Shown piece after piece: positions 8,825 through 22,144 of a stretch of 64,000 bases of DNA (positions are counted from its first letter, which is position 1; the number at the start of each line of letters is the position of its first letter). The position numbers were made by a program, and so were the translations under genes. Source of the DNA: Candidatus Kaiserbacteria bacterium RIFCSPHIGHO2_01_FULL_53_29 (GTDB lineage: Bacteria > Patescibacteriota > Minisyncoccia > Phycocordibacterales > UBA2100); the NCBI GenBank assembly GCA_001781125.1, contig MFKT01000009.1, positions 10,712 through 74,711 of the forward strand, given 5' to 3'. The notes below the pieces were generated by a model. It ran no database searches. It worked only from the letters and a program-made list of their open reading frames with translations, and was not told the DNA's origin.

Positions 8825-8884
8825 GATTCACCTCCGCGCTATCTTTAACACGTTTCTGCTTATCGTTCAACCGACTCCTTTAAA

Positions 8885-9633
8885 GGGAGGCCTCGCCTCC
8901 CTTTTTCCTGCTATGATAGAGGCATATGAGTTACCGACGAACACCGTTTGCTCCGGATGAGCATTATCACTGTTACACTCGAGGCATCGATGGTCGGGTG
9001 ACGTTCAAGGACAAGGAAGATTACGAACGATTCCAGGAATCTCTGTATTTGTGCAACGATAACGGTGCGTTTGATCGTAGTAATTTCCAGAAACTCAGTC
9101 ATTCCGAAATTTTTACGCGGCCCAGAAAGAGCGAGCTCGTGGCGATCGGTTCCTATAGTCTTATGCCGAATCACTTTCATGTCGGATTTCAGGAAATAGA
9201 AGAGGGAGGATCTTCAAAGTTTCTACAGAAGCTCGGCACGAGTTACAGTATGTACTTCAACGCAAAATATGCCCGAGTAGGTGGACTGTTCATTGGACCG
9301 TGCCGATCCCGCCACATCGCGACGGATCGTTATTTCAAGCAAGTCGCACAATACATCCATCTCAATGCAGCCGAGGTCTTTGAGCCGGGATGGAAACGTG
9401 GAGCTGTGAGAAATATGCGAAGTCTGGAAAGCCGCCTCAAGGAGTACGCGTTTTCAAGTTTGCGGGACTACGCAGGTACTCCACGCCCTGAACGCGCAAT
9501 GCTCAACCCAGAACTAATGCAACTTACAGCGGAAGATATGCCTCCACTTAATACGGTACTCACGGACGCTCGAGAATATTACGAAAACCTTAATCCCCTT
9601 TGAAAAGACGGGATTGGGGAGGCCCCGCCTCCC
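8885..9633. repeat. REP-like palindromes flanking the RAYT gene
   Basis: GGGAGGCCTCGCCTCCC at 8885-8901 and GGGAGGCCCCGCCTCCC at 9617-9633. Confidence 0.8.
8926..9603 (+). mobile_element. REP-associated tyrosine (Y1/HUH) transposase
   Basis: YHCYTRG, LMPNHFH (HUH), YIHLN, FSS motifs. Confidence 0.9.
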
Positions 9634-9640
9634 TAACATA

Positions 9641-9675
9641 AAAAGAAGAAGGCGGCATTGGCGTCCGCCTTCTTT
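9641..9675. terminator. Probable bidirectional intrinsic terminator
   Basis: AGAAGGCGG/CCGCCTTCT stem between convergent genes. Confidence 0.6.
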
Positions 9676-9712
9676 CGTCTCATGTACTATGCGGGGCTTA
9701 GAAGCTGACGGT

Positions 9713-10099
9713 TCAGACGGGTCCGAATCCCTGGCGAAAGAGCGCCTCGCCAAATTGTCGCAATCTGATCATTTCCGAGCTCAGCGAGACCTCGCCGCGC
9801 GCGCGAAGTCGAACTTCCTTGTCCGTGTCGACGATGATCATCAAGCCGCACCAGTTTCCTTGTCCACCGCCGGGCCATTTCCAAGCCACCGCGACGTGAT
9901 CATCATTGGTGAAACGCTCAGATTCTTCTTTGTCGAACCCAGCCACTTCGTTGCCAGCCGCGTGCAAGGTGCCGCGGCCGATACCCGCCGTTACGCACAG
10001 GGATATCAAGACCGGTCGCACCGCCGTCGTCACAGGTTTCCATCCGCTCGTCAAGAGATTCTTTGTGGTTACCACCGCTGTCGCGAGATTTCCACTCAT
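9713..10099 (-). CDS. Hypothetical protein downstream of rpoC
   Basis: AAGGA RBS before ATG 10099; fills the intergenic gap. Confidence 0.5.
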   Translation of the reverse strand: MSGNLATAVVTTKNLLTSGWKPVTTAVRPVLISLCVTAGIGRGTLHAAGNEVAGFDKEESERFTNDDHVAVAWKWPGGGQGNWCGLMIIVDTDKEVRLRARGEVSLSSEMIRLRQFGEALFRQGFGPV

Positions 10100-10169
10100 G
10101 GATACGTTCCTTACGTTCAAGAGCAGCAGGCTGATTCCTGCACTCTGCGAGAGTTATAGCACAAACGCA

Positions 10170-13895
<3,726 letters not shown>

Positions 13896-13934
13896 GTTAG
13901 TTTTTCTTAGCGAATAAAATGAGTCTAGAAAATC

Positions 13935-16900
13935 TTACAAATTTTTAGAGTTTTCCTTGAATTCGATATCGATACCAAGCCCTCGCAAATGCCGGACCAG
14001 AACATTGAAGGTCGCGGGGGTATTGCTCTCCTCGATGCGTTTACCGGAAACGATCGCATCGAATGCCGCCGAGCGGCCCAAGATGTCGTCGGATTTAATT
14101 GTGAGAATCTCGCGCAAAGAATAGGCGGCGCCGTACCCTAAGAATGCCCACACCTCCATTTCTCCCACGCGCTGGCCGCCATTTTGCGCCTTGCCGCCCA
14201 AGGGCTGCTGCGTCGTGAGCGAGTACGGGCCGATAGAGCGCATGTGGATTTTGTCCTCGACCATGTGGTGAAGCTTCAATATATACATGACACCGACGGA
14301 AACGGGCTGTGCGAAAGCCTCGCCGGTACGTCCGTCGAAGAGAATGCGCTTGCCGGTTTCGGCTACACCCGCGAGCTTAAGTTCCTCGCGTATCTCTTTT
14401 TCGGAGGCACCCGCAAATGACGGCACGACAGCCTGATAGCCGAGTATGTCCGCCGCAAGGCCCAAATGGAGCTCGAGGATCTGACCCAGGTTCATGCGGC
14501 TTGGCACGCCCAAGGGAGTGAGAATGATATCCACCGGATTGCCTTCGGCATCGAACGGCATGTCTTCTTCGGGAAGAATACGACTAATGACGCCTTTGTT
14601 GCCGTGACGGCCGGCGAGCTTGTCGCCCACCGATATCGTGCGCAGCTGCGCGACCTCAATATGCACGCGCTTGATGACGCCGCTTTCGAGCTGATCGCCG
14701 GTCTCGCGCGAGAACACTTTGACGCCGATAATGCGTCCGCGCTTCCCACCTTCCATACGAAGTGATGTGTCTTTCACGTCTTTGGCTTTTTCGCCAAAGA
14801 TCGCGTGCAAGAGACGCTCCTCCGGCGTGAGCTGTGTCTCGCCTTTCGGGGTCACTTTGCCGACCAGAATATCGCCGGAGCGCACTTCTGCGCCAATGCG
14901 GATAACGCCGTCCTCGTCGAGATTACGGAGTTTGAATTCGCTGACGTTGGGGATATCGTGGGTCGTGACTTCGCTCCCTAGCTTGGTGTCGCGGACCACA
15001 CAAATGAATTCCTCCATGTGGATAGAGGTGAAGCGTGCTTCCTTGGCCAGTCTTTCGGAAATGACGATGGCATCTTCATAGTTGGCGCCGAACCACGGCA
15101 AGAAGGCGACACGGACGTTCTGGCCTATCGCAAGCTGTCCGGCAACCGACGTCGAGGTATCGGCAAGGACGGTTCCCTTCTTCGCGCTATCGCCCACAGA
15201 AACCGCGGGTCTCTGGTGGAACGTGGTAAAGCCGTTGGTGCGGGAAAAATTGACGAGGCTGTACTCCTTGGTCTTTCCATCGCTATTTTTGACCTTGATC
15301 ATTTGCGCGTCAGCGTACGTCACTTCCCCCGCTTCTTCGGCGATAACGAGCCGGCCGGAGTCGCGCGCCGCGGCAGACTCAACGCCGGTTGCTACTACCG
15401 GTGCTTCAGGGACCACAAGCGGCACCGCTTGCTTTTGCATGTTGGAACCCATGAGCGCGCGGTTGGCGTCGTCGTTCTCGACAAAGGGGATGAGCGAAGT
15501 CGCGACCGAGAACGGCTGGTTGGTGGCGACTTCCATGAAATCCACGTTCTCGCGCTTCACGAGGGTCGGATTTCCTTCTTTGCGCACCTCCACCATTTTT
15601 ACCGTAATGTGTCCCGACTCGTCGCGCGGAATTCCTGCGTGCGCAATAGCATACTGTTCTTCTTCGAGTGCATTCAAATATTTGATCTCTTTGGTGACCA
15701 CTCCTTTTTCGACTTTCGCATACGGCGTCTCGATGATGCCGAATTCATTGGGGCGCGCATAGAGCGACATGTGAAGCACGAGCCCGATGTTCTTGCCTTC
15801 CGGTGTGTGAATGGGACACACACGACCGTAGTGCGATGAGTGCACGTCGCGCACTTCGAGGCCTGCGCGCTCACTCGTGAGGCCCCCGCGACCCAGTGTG
15901 GAGAGGGTGCGCAAATGTTCGATCTCATCAAGCGTATTGTATTGCTGCATGAGCTGCGAGAGCTGATCGGTCGTGAAAAATTCGCGGATGGCCGCTTGAA
16001 ACGGTCGCGGATTGACGAACGAAACGGGGCTCGTCGTCTCTGCATCCACCATCGCCATGCGGTCCTGAATGTTGCGCTTCATGCGCGAGAGGCCTACACG
16101 CATGCGGCTCTCCAAGAGCTCGCCCGCGAATCGCACGCGGCGAAATCCGAGGTGGTCGATGTCGTCTGCCTGAGCTGCCGCGTTCGCATTCAATTCGGCA
16201 ATATTGGTGATGATGCGGACCACATCGGAGAGCGTGAGGATCGAATTCGTAAGGTCTTTCTCACTGACCCCGAGCCCGAAACGACGGTTGAAATGGAAAC
16301 GGCCAACACGCGAGAAATCGTAGCGCTCCGCAGAAAGGATAACTTCGACATGGGCGCGCGCAGACTCCGGTGTCGCAATATCTCCGTCACGCAGCCTCCG
16401 GTAGATCTCGACGAACGCCTCCTCGGGCGTTTGTGCGTGGTCGTGCTCGAGCGTCTTTGCGATCGCGTCGCGAGCGAGAACAGATTTTTCAAATTTACCT
16501 AAAATTTCTTTCTCACTCGCAACTCCGAGCACGCGCAAAAGCGAAGTCACGGGAAACCGGCGTTTGCGGTCGATCTTTACATAAATGCCGCCGTCGGCAT
16601 CGGATTCGATCTCTATCCATACGCCGCGCGCAGGAATGATCTTGGCAGCAAAATAATTCTTGCCCTTGTGCGGAATTGATTCGAAGAAAACACCGTACGA
16701 GCGCGCGAGTTGCGGCACGACGATGCGCTCGACTCCGTTGATGATGAAGGTGCCGTGATGTGTCATCCACGGAAAATCCGCGAGAAAGATCTCCTGCTCC
16801 TTCTCCTCGCCGTTCGTCTTGTTTTTCAGTCGCACAACCATCGAAAGCGGCGCCTCGTAGGTGCGCATTGCTCTTTTCGCGTAGTGCTCATCCCAGCGCA

Positions 16901-17114
16901 ATTCGCCGAAGGTGAACTTCACGAGCTTCAACTCGAATTTTTTGTTGGAGTGGTCGGTGATAGGGGAAAACTCCTTAAAGACACGCTCGGCACCCCCCTC
17001 CACGAATTGCCGGAAGGATGCGATCTGTGACTCCACGAGACTCGGGAATTTCACCAGAGGCTCGCGAAATTTGCCGAAGTATTTTTGCGGTCGCACGTGC
17101 TTCGTTTTCGCCAT
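13935..17114 (-). CDS. rpoB: RNA polymerase beta subunit
   Basis: GDKLAGRHGNKG, GSNMQKQ, GGQRVGEME. Confidence 0.99.
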   Translation of the reverse strand: MAKTKHVRPQKYFGKFREPLVKFPSLVESQIASFRQFVEGGAERVFKEFSPITDHSNKKFELKLVKFTFGELRWDEHYAKRAMRTYEAPLSMVVRLKNKTNGEEKEQEIFLADFPWMTHHGTFIINGVERIVVPQLARSYGVFFESIPHKGKNYFAAKIIPARGVWIEIESDADGGIYVKIDRKRRFPVTSLLRVLGVASEKEILGKFEKSVLARDAIAKTLEHDHAQTPEEAFVEIYRRLRDGDIATPESARAHVEVILSAERYDFSRVGRFHFNRRFGLGVSEKDLTNSILTLSDVVRIITNIAELNANAAAQADDIDHLGFRRVRFAGELLESRMRVGLSRMKRNIQDRMAMVDAETTSPVSFVNPRPFQAAIREFFTTDQLSQLMQQYNTLDEIEHLRTLSTLGRGGLTSERAGLEVRDVHSSHYGRVCPIHTPEGKNIGLVLHMSLYARPNEFGIIETPYAKVEKGVVTKEIKYLNALEEEQYAIAHAGIPRDESGHITVKMVEVRKEGNPTLVKRENVDFMEVATNQPFSVATSLIPFVENDDANRALMGSNMQKQAVPLVVPEAPVVATGVESAAARDSGRLVIAEEAGEVTYADAQMIKVKNSDGKTKEYSLVNFSRTNGFTTFHQRPAVSVGDSAKKGTVLADTSTSVAGQLAIGQNVRVAFLPWFGANYEDAIVISERLAKEARFTSIHMEEFICVVRDTKLGSEVTTHDIPNVSEFKLRNLDEDGVIRIGAEVRSGDILVGKVTPKGETQLTPEERLLHAIFGEKAKDVKDTSLRMEGGKRGRIIGVKVFSRETGDQLESGVIKRVHIEVAQLRTISVGDKLAGRHGNKGVISRILPEEDMPFDAEGNPVDIILTPLGVPSRMNLGQILELHLGLAADILGYQAVVPSFAGASEKEIREELKLAGVAETGKRILFDGRTGEAFAQPVSVGVMYILKLHHMVEDKIHMRSIGPYSLTTQQPLGGKAQNGGQRVGEMEVWAFLGYGAAYSLREILTIKSDDILGRSAAFDAIVSGKRIEESNTPATFNVLVRHLRGLGIDIEFKENSKNL

Positions 17115-17459
17115 TTTACAACAAGCTACCCGTGGTCCCGCCGAGGCGGGATCATGGTGTGAGTACCGTTATTAAATTTTCGTATCTAAATGCATCTTTC
17201 GATGCCATTTTGCTTCTCCGCCAGAGGCGGATCCTCCTCCGGAGGAAAAAGCGCAGCCGCAACTCAATCAGCTCGTAGCAAATGTCCGAGGAGTATATAT
17301 TCTATGGGGTTTCTGGTCAACCTTGACAATACGAACAGTCAATTGTCTGAAATAATTCCCTCCACCACACTTTTCGAAAGTTGATTTTTCCACTTTGACG
17401 GCGTTCTTGCCGTTTTTTGAAATGATGATCGCCATACCGGCGAATCATCCCACAAATCT

Positions 17460-17741
17460 TCACTTTTTGAAACCACCACCAGAACGCGAGGCGCTCTTCA
17501 CCCACTTTTGTAGTGCTGCAAAGATGGCGTAGAAAATGATGGTATTTGTAAAAATTAAGCCCCAAAACAAAATGGTGTGATCGTACCCATAATTTACTAA
17601 TAGACCTAATGGCAATGTTGCTAACCCGACGCCAACATCACAAAACATGCCATTGCAATTAGCTGCATCGATTACTATAACGCCAACGAAGCTAAGATAT
17701 ATTAGAGCCACCACCGCTCCCCATACAGAGATTTTTTTCAT
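17460..17741 (-). CDS. Small membrane protein
   Basis: 3 hydrophobic segments and C-x3-F-C, directly after the lipase gene; AT-rich. Confidence 0.6.
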   Translation of the reverse strand: MKKISVWGAVVALIYLSFVGVIVIDAANCNGMFCDVGVGLATLPLGLLVNYGYDHTILFWGLIFTNTIIFYAIFAALQKWVKSASRSGGGFKK

Positions 17742-17750
17742 ACTGAATCA

Positions 17751-20414
17751 CTATAGCGCATTTTCGATTTGGGCAAGGATGTTTATCAACATCTGTGCAT
17801 CAGTATCCGTAATTTTCCCGTTTGTCGCTTTTTTCGATATCATTGTCGTAAGATTGGCAAGAGCTGCAGTAAGAGCCTGTTTGTTCTCCAATCTGTCGAC
17901 ACGCTTGAGGAGATTATTTTTTAGGCTCGCTTTTATATTCAACGAGATGATTTTTGTCTTAAGTTGAACAAGGACGTCTGCATTGAGCGCCACGCTATCT
18001 GACTGTGCCCCAAGAAGCTCCACAAGTGCCACAATTTCATTCGCATCCGCGGTTGTAATTTTCCCTTTCACTTCCTGATTTGATACTTTCTTCTTGAATT
18101 TCGCGAGAACTTTCGCATTCTTTTGTTTTTTTACCTCGATCTTCTTTTCAAGACCCACAACCTTTTTCAAAAGATCCTGCTTCAACTTGTCTTTGATGTC
18201 GAGGGTTAGGATTTTTTCTTTGATAAGTACAAGTAATTCACTGAGCGATGGTTCAGTGCCATCAGGAGAAATTGTTCGGTCGATCTGATTGTCGCCATTT
18301 ACGTCAACCTCTATAGTTGTCTCCTCCGGTGCGGTGCTTACAACCTCAAACGTGGCATTCGTATTCTCCGTCGTCGGAATATCGGAGAAGCTGGCGACTG
18401 GCGTCGTCGCATCTGCTATAAAATCCTCGATGGTGACCGTCGTGGAGCCGCTGCCGACACCCTGGTAGACAAATGTATAGGTACCCGTTTTCGGGAGAAA
18501 GATGTGCTGGGTCTCGCTGGTGTAAATGAAGCTACTCCCGGGAATATTTCCTAGAATCGTGAGAATCTCGGCTGAAAGATCTTGATTGGGATCAATGCCG
18601 GTGAGGTTCCCGAATTCATCGTACGCGCCGAGAATTACGGGAGAGTAGGTGCTGACTATTAACTCGTCGTCGAGATCGACAACCTGTGGTTTTGCGCCTA
18701 AGACGAAGTTAGTCTGTAGTATATTTTCACCACTGATTACTGACTCTATTAAACTTCGAATTGGACTGGTGCTTAACAAATCTCTATGTTGTGCTTGTTT
18801 GTTACCAGGCTCTCGATATAAATCAAGATTGAAAAAATACGTTTCATCCGCCACCGACGAAATTGCGCTCGGATAAACAACTGTGCTATCGCCTTCGCGG
18901 GTAAACAACGTCCCGTAACTCTGCAAAAAATGACTCGTTCGATACTCCACCGCTTTTACTGTTGGTCTCCCCCAGCCAGCGACCTGCACCACGCGAATGT
19001 GCTCGGGAAACGCATACGTGTCGTACATGGCATGGAAATCGGCAGCACCCCCCATGAGATCAGTCCGCACAACTTCTGGAATGTGCAGAAAGTTCTCGGG
19101 CGGACTCGTACGCGTAACACCTTGCCCCGTCATAAATTCGACGAACGGACTGTAGGTATTAATGAGGTTGCCCCAGAAATTTCTCCAGTTCTGCGTAAAA
19201 CCGACATCCGCGAATGTGATAACCGGATCAGTTACCGCACTAAAATATGCGGGCGATGGAAGGAGGCTGTATGCAGACGGCATGTTTTGCGAAATCGTGC
19301 GCGCTGCCGCGGGTTGCACAATAAAGCCGCTAGCAATTCCTTCACCATCGCCGTGGAGGATTGCAGAAATCGCCTGCGGTGTGCCGAGTTGTGGCGAGCC
19401 AACCATGACAAACGCATCGATGAGGTTATCTTTCCCCTCTTGTTGTAAACGTTTGATGATAGCCTTCCCCAAAAGTCCACCCATCGAGTGCGCAACAATT
19501 GTGACTTTGCCAGATCTCGAATTCGTCGCGAGCTGCTCTATTTTCTCAAGCACATCCACCATGCCACTGGACGTTTTGATGCCATCATCAATTACTTTCT
19601 CCGGCGAGTGTCGCCAGTCGTATGCAAGCGGCAGCCACTCTTCTATTAATCCTTCGCTGACAAGAGCGTCCATAAAGTTCGAAAACGGAGAGTAGATAGG
19701 AGAGCCGTAGAACGTGTCCAAAATGCCATTCACCTGTACATCATTCACACTCTCTCCCGCTTCATTGAGCGCAAGCTGCGGTACGTCATTGCTCCACGCG
19801 GTCGGCGGCCAGAGTGTGTCCGACCCGCTCCTCAAGATACTTCCCTTGATTCCTGGCAAGAAGAGCACGCTAGAGAATCCTACAACGGCACTCTCATCGG
19901 TGACGGTGAAGCGAATGGTTTCTACATAGTCTTCTGCTGATTGCGCGTATACAGTGTCGCCCAACACAAACTGCAGAAATCTCTGATAGAGGCCCCGATT
20001 CACTTGCACGGGTGGTGGTACGTTGTAGACGTCGAGCTCGTAGACACCAGGGACTTCCCACGTGAGGGTGTTCTCGCCGAAGAATCCTCCGATTGCTCCA
20101 ATGAGCTCGCGCGGAGATTGCGGATCGGGTATGCGAAAGAGAATGCCGCTCACGTCGAAAGAAGCACTACCTTCTATGCGGGCGACGTACACGTCTTTTG
20201 AGATATTGAGTGCTACGGGATACGTCCCGTCGTCTTCCATGTATATGCGATCGTCTGAAATGATTTCTCCTGTGTTGTCATCTTCTACGACAGTGCCCCA
20301 CACAAGCTGCGACGAAGCGAATGCGAAAGATGGTAGAGCGCACAGAAGGACGCCCGCGGTCAACGCAACCAAAAATACGTAGTAAAAGCGATTCGAAACT
20401 GTTCTGGCGGACAT
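17751..20414 (-). CDS. Exported alpha/beta hydrolase (LCAT/PGAP1-like lipase/acyltransferase) with extra domains
   Basis: Signal peptide, FLPGIKGS, YDWR, AHSMGG nucleophile elbow, GDSTV, catalytic H; helical C-terminal repeats. Confidence 0.85.
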   Translation of the reverse strand: MSARTVSNRFYYVFLVALTAGVLLCALPSFAFASSQLVWGTVVEDDNTGEIISDDRIYMEDDGTYPVALNISKDVYVARIEGSASFDVSGILFRIPDPQSPRELIGAIGGFFGENTLTWEVPGVYELDVYNVPPPVQVNRGLYQRFLQFVLGDTVYAQSAEDYVETIRFTVTDESAVVGFSSVLFLPGIKGSILRSGSDTLWPPTAWSNDVPQLALNEAGESVNDVQVNGILDTFYGSPIYSPFSNFMDALVSEGLIEEWLPLAYDWRHSPEKVIDDGIKTSSGMVDVLEKIEQLATNSRSGKVTIVAHSMGGLLGKAIIKRLQQEGKDNLIDAFVMVGSPQLGTPQAISAILHGDGEGIASGFIVQPAAARTISQNMPSAYSLLPSPAYFSAVTDPVITFADVGFTQNWRNFWGNLINTYSPFVEFMTGQGVTRTSPPENFLHIPEVVRTDLMGGAADFHAMYDTYAFPEHIRVVQVAGWGRPTVKAVEYRTSHFLQSYGTLFTREGDSTVVYPSAISSVADETYFFNLDLYREPGNKQAQHRDLLSTSPIRSLIESVISGENILQTNFVLGAKPQVVDLDDELIVSTYSPVILGAYDEFGNLTGIDPNQDLSAEILTILGNIPGSSFIYTSETQHIFLPKTGTYTFVYQGVGSGSTTVTIEDFIADATTPVASFSDIPTTENTNATFEVVSTAPEETTIEVDVNGDNQIDRTISPDGTEPSLSELLVLIKEKILTLDIKDKLKQDLLKKVVGLEKKIEVKKQKNAKVLAKFKKKVSNQEVKGKITTADANEIVALVELLGAQSDSVALNADVLVQLKTKIISLNIKASLKNNLLKRVDRLENKQALTAALANLTTMISKKATNGKITDTDAQMLINILAQIENAL

Positions 20415-20455
20415 ATTCCGAGGATTGTCCCACGCGACAATCCTACTTCACGAAG

Positions 20456-21121
20456 TTATCCACCTTTTGTCCGTTTGGACTTTTTCCACTTCTCAATCTT
20501 GGCGTGGTGGCCGGAGAGGAGTACTTTGGGGACCTTGTATTTCCTACCCTTCCAAATGAGGGCCTCCGGTCGCGTATAAACTTCGGGACTTGAAACGCGC
20601 GAAGCTTCGAGCGACTCGGCTTTGCCGAGAACTCCAGGCACAAGACGCGTTATGCAATCGATCACTGTCGCCGCCGGAAGCTCCCCACCGGTGAGCACGT
20701 AGGGACCGATGGAGATCTTTTTCGCCTTTAAGATTTTCTGCACACGCGCATCGACTCCCTCGTAGTGCCCGCAGATAAATAGAATGTCTTTTTTAGTAGC
20801 GAGTTTCTTCGCCATCGCCTCATCAAATGCCGTGCCGTCGGTCGAAAAGAATACCGTCGCAATGGAACCACCGAGGCGTCGCCTTGATGGTTTCAACGCT
20901 GCATCTGCTGCGCGTAATATTCCGTCCGGCTCCAAAACCATCCCCGGTCCACCACCATATGGCCGTCGGTCCACACGACCGTATTTATCGTGGGTGAATT
21001 TCTTGGGGTCGTAGTAGGAAATTTTTATTTTCTTCGCCTTGATGGCGCGACCGATGATCGAGCTCTTGAGGTAGGGCTCGATGGATTCGGGAAACAGGGT
21101 GACGATATGAAAATGAATCAT
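20456..21121 (-). CDS. trmD: tRNA (guanine-N1)-methyltransferase
   Basis: PYGGGPGM, CGHYEGVD, YVLTGGE, YTRP. Confidence 0.97.
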   Translation of the reverse strand: MIHFHIVTLFPESIEPYLKSSIIGRAIKAKKIKISYYDPKKFTHDKYGRVDRRPYGGGPGMVLEPDGILRAADAALKPSRRRLGGSIATVFFSTDGTAFDEAMAKKLATKKDILFICGHYEGVDARVQKILKAKKISIGPYVLTGGELPAATVIDCITRLVPGVLGKAESLEASRVSSPEVYTRPEALIWKGRKYKVPKVLLSGHHAKIEKWKKSKRTKGG

Positions 21122-21483
21122 TCGCCCTTGAGATCTTTGATGACGTCGTCCACCGTCGTGTCACGGACATAGGGCTTAGAGGGGGCTTCGCTTTCGCCAC
21201 CGGTCGAACGACTATCTCCACCCATCCCCCGCTCGCTCCCTTCCGGCTCTTCGATCTTGAGATTCACCCGCGCGTCGTTCTTCATGCCCACGACGCGCAA
21301 TACCGTGCGAATGGCTTTTGCGGTCGCGCCCGAGCGACCGATGACCTTGCCCATGTCGTCTTTGTGTACCGAGAGCGTCAGAAGCACGCCCATCTCGTCG
21401 ACGGTGCGATTGATCTTCACGTCGTCCGGATTGTCCACGAGCGCTTTTACCACGTATTCCAAGAATTGCTGATCTCGTTCCAT
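21118..21483 (-). CDS. khpA: KH-domain RNA-binding protein
   Basis: DMGKVIGRSGATAKAIR; rpsP-khpA-trmD synteny. Confidence 0.9.
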   Translation of the reverse strand: MERDQQFLEYVVKALVDNPDDVKINRTVDEMGVLLTLSVHKDDMGKVIGRSGATAKAIRTVLRVVGMKNDARVNLKIEEPEGSERGMGGDSRSTGGESEAPSKPYVRDTTVDDVIKDLKGE

Positions 21484-21545
21484 ACAGGATAGTTCGTAGT
21501 TAGTAGTAAGTAGTTCGTAGTAACGAACGAATGCAGTATATCAAA

Positions 21546-22049
21546 TTACTCAGCTTTAGCCTCCGCAGCCACTGCCTCTTCTGCTTTTGCTTCCTCCTTT
21601 GGCTCGCCGGAGCCTTCGGCGGAGGCGGCTTCTGGTGCCGCTGCCGCTTCGGTCTCCTTTTCAGTTGCTTCCGCCTTTACCTCTTCGTCGTGAGATGCTT
21701 TGGCCTCTGCCTTTACCGCAGCTTCGGCCTCTTTCTCTACCGCCTCCTCCTTGGCTTCCGCCGCTGCTTCTGCAGGCGCTTTGTACTTCGGCAGCACATT
21801 GATCTTCTTGGCATTGATGGCACCGAGGCTCACGAGCATGTTGTGGACGGTCGCGCTCGGCTGCGCACCCACCGACATCCAATATTTGATGCGCTCGGCA
21901 TTCAACACGCGTTCTTTGGATTTTGGATTGTAAGTGCCCACTTTCTCGACGAACTTCCCTGCCTTAGGACTCGCCGTGTGTTCCACCACGACAATGCGAA
22001 AGGAGGGCATATTTATGCGCCCCGTCCGCTGCATTCGTATCTTCAACAT
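21546..22049 (-). CDS. rpsP: 30S ribosomal protein S16 with Ala/Glu-rich tail
   Basis: MLKIRMQRTG...GTYNP...GAQPS. Confidence 0.95.
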   Translation of the reverse strand: MLKIRMQRTGRINMPSFRIVVVEHTASPKAGKFVEKVGTYNPKSKERVLNAERIKYWMSVGAQPSATVHNMLVSLGAINAKKINVLPKYKAPAEAAAEAKEEAVEKEAEAAVKAEAKASHDEEVKAEATEKETEAAAAPEAASAEGSGEPKEEAKAEEAVAAEAKAE

Positions 22050-22144
22050 ATCCGCGACACTGTACCAGATAAGTATTAAAAATCAACGGCCAGCGCAGGA
22101 ATCATCCCGCGCTGGCTTGTCTTTCAGGCGACGACGACAATGGA

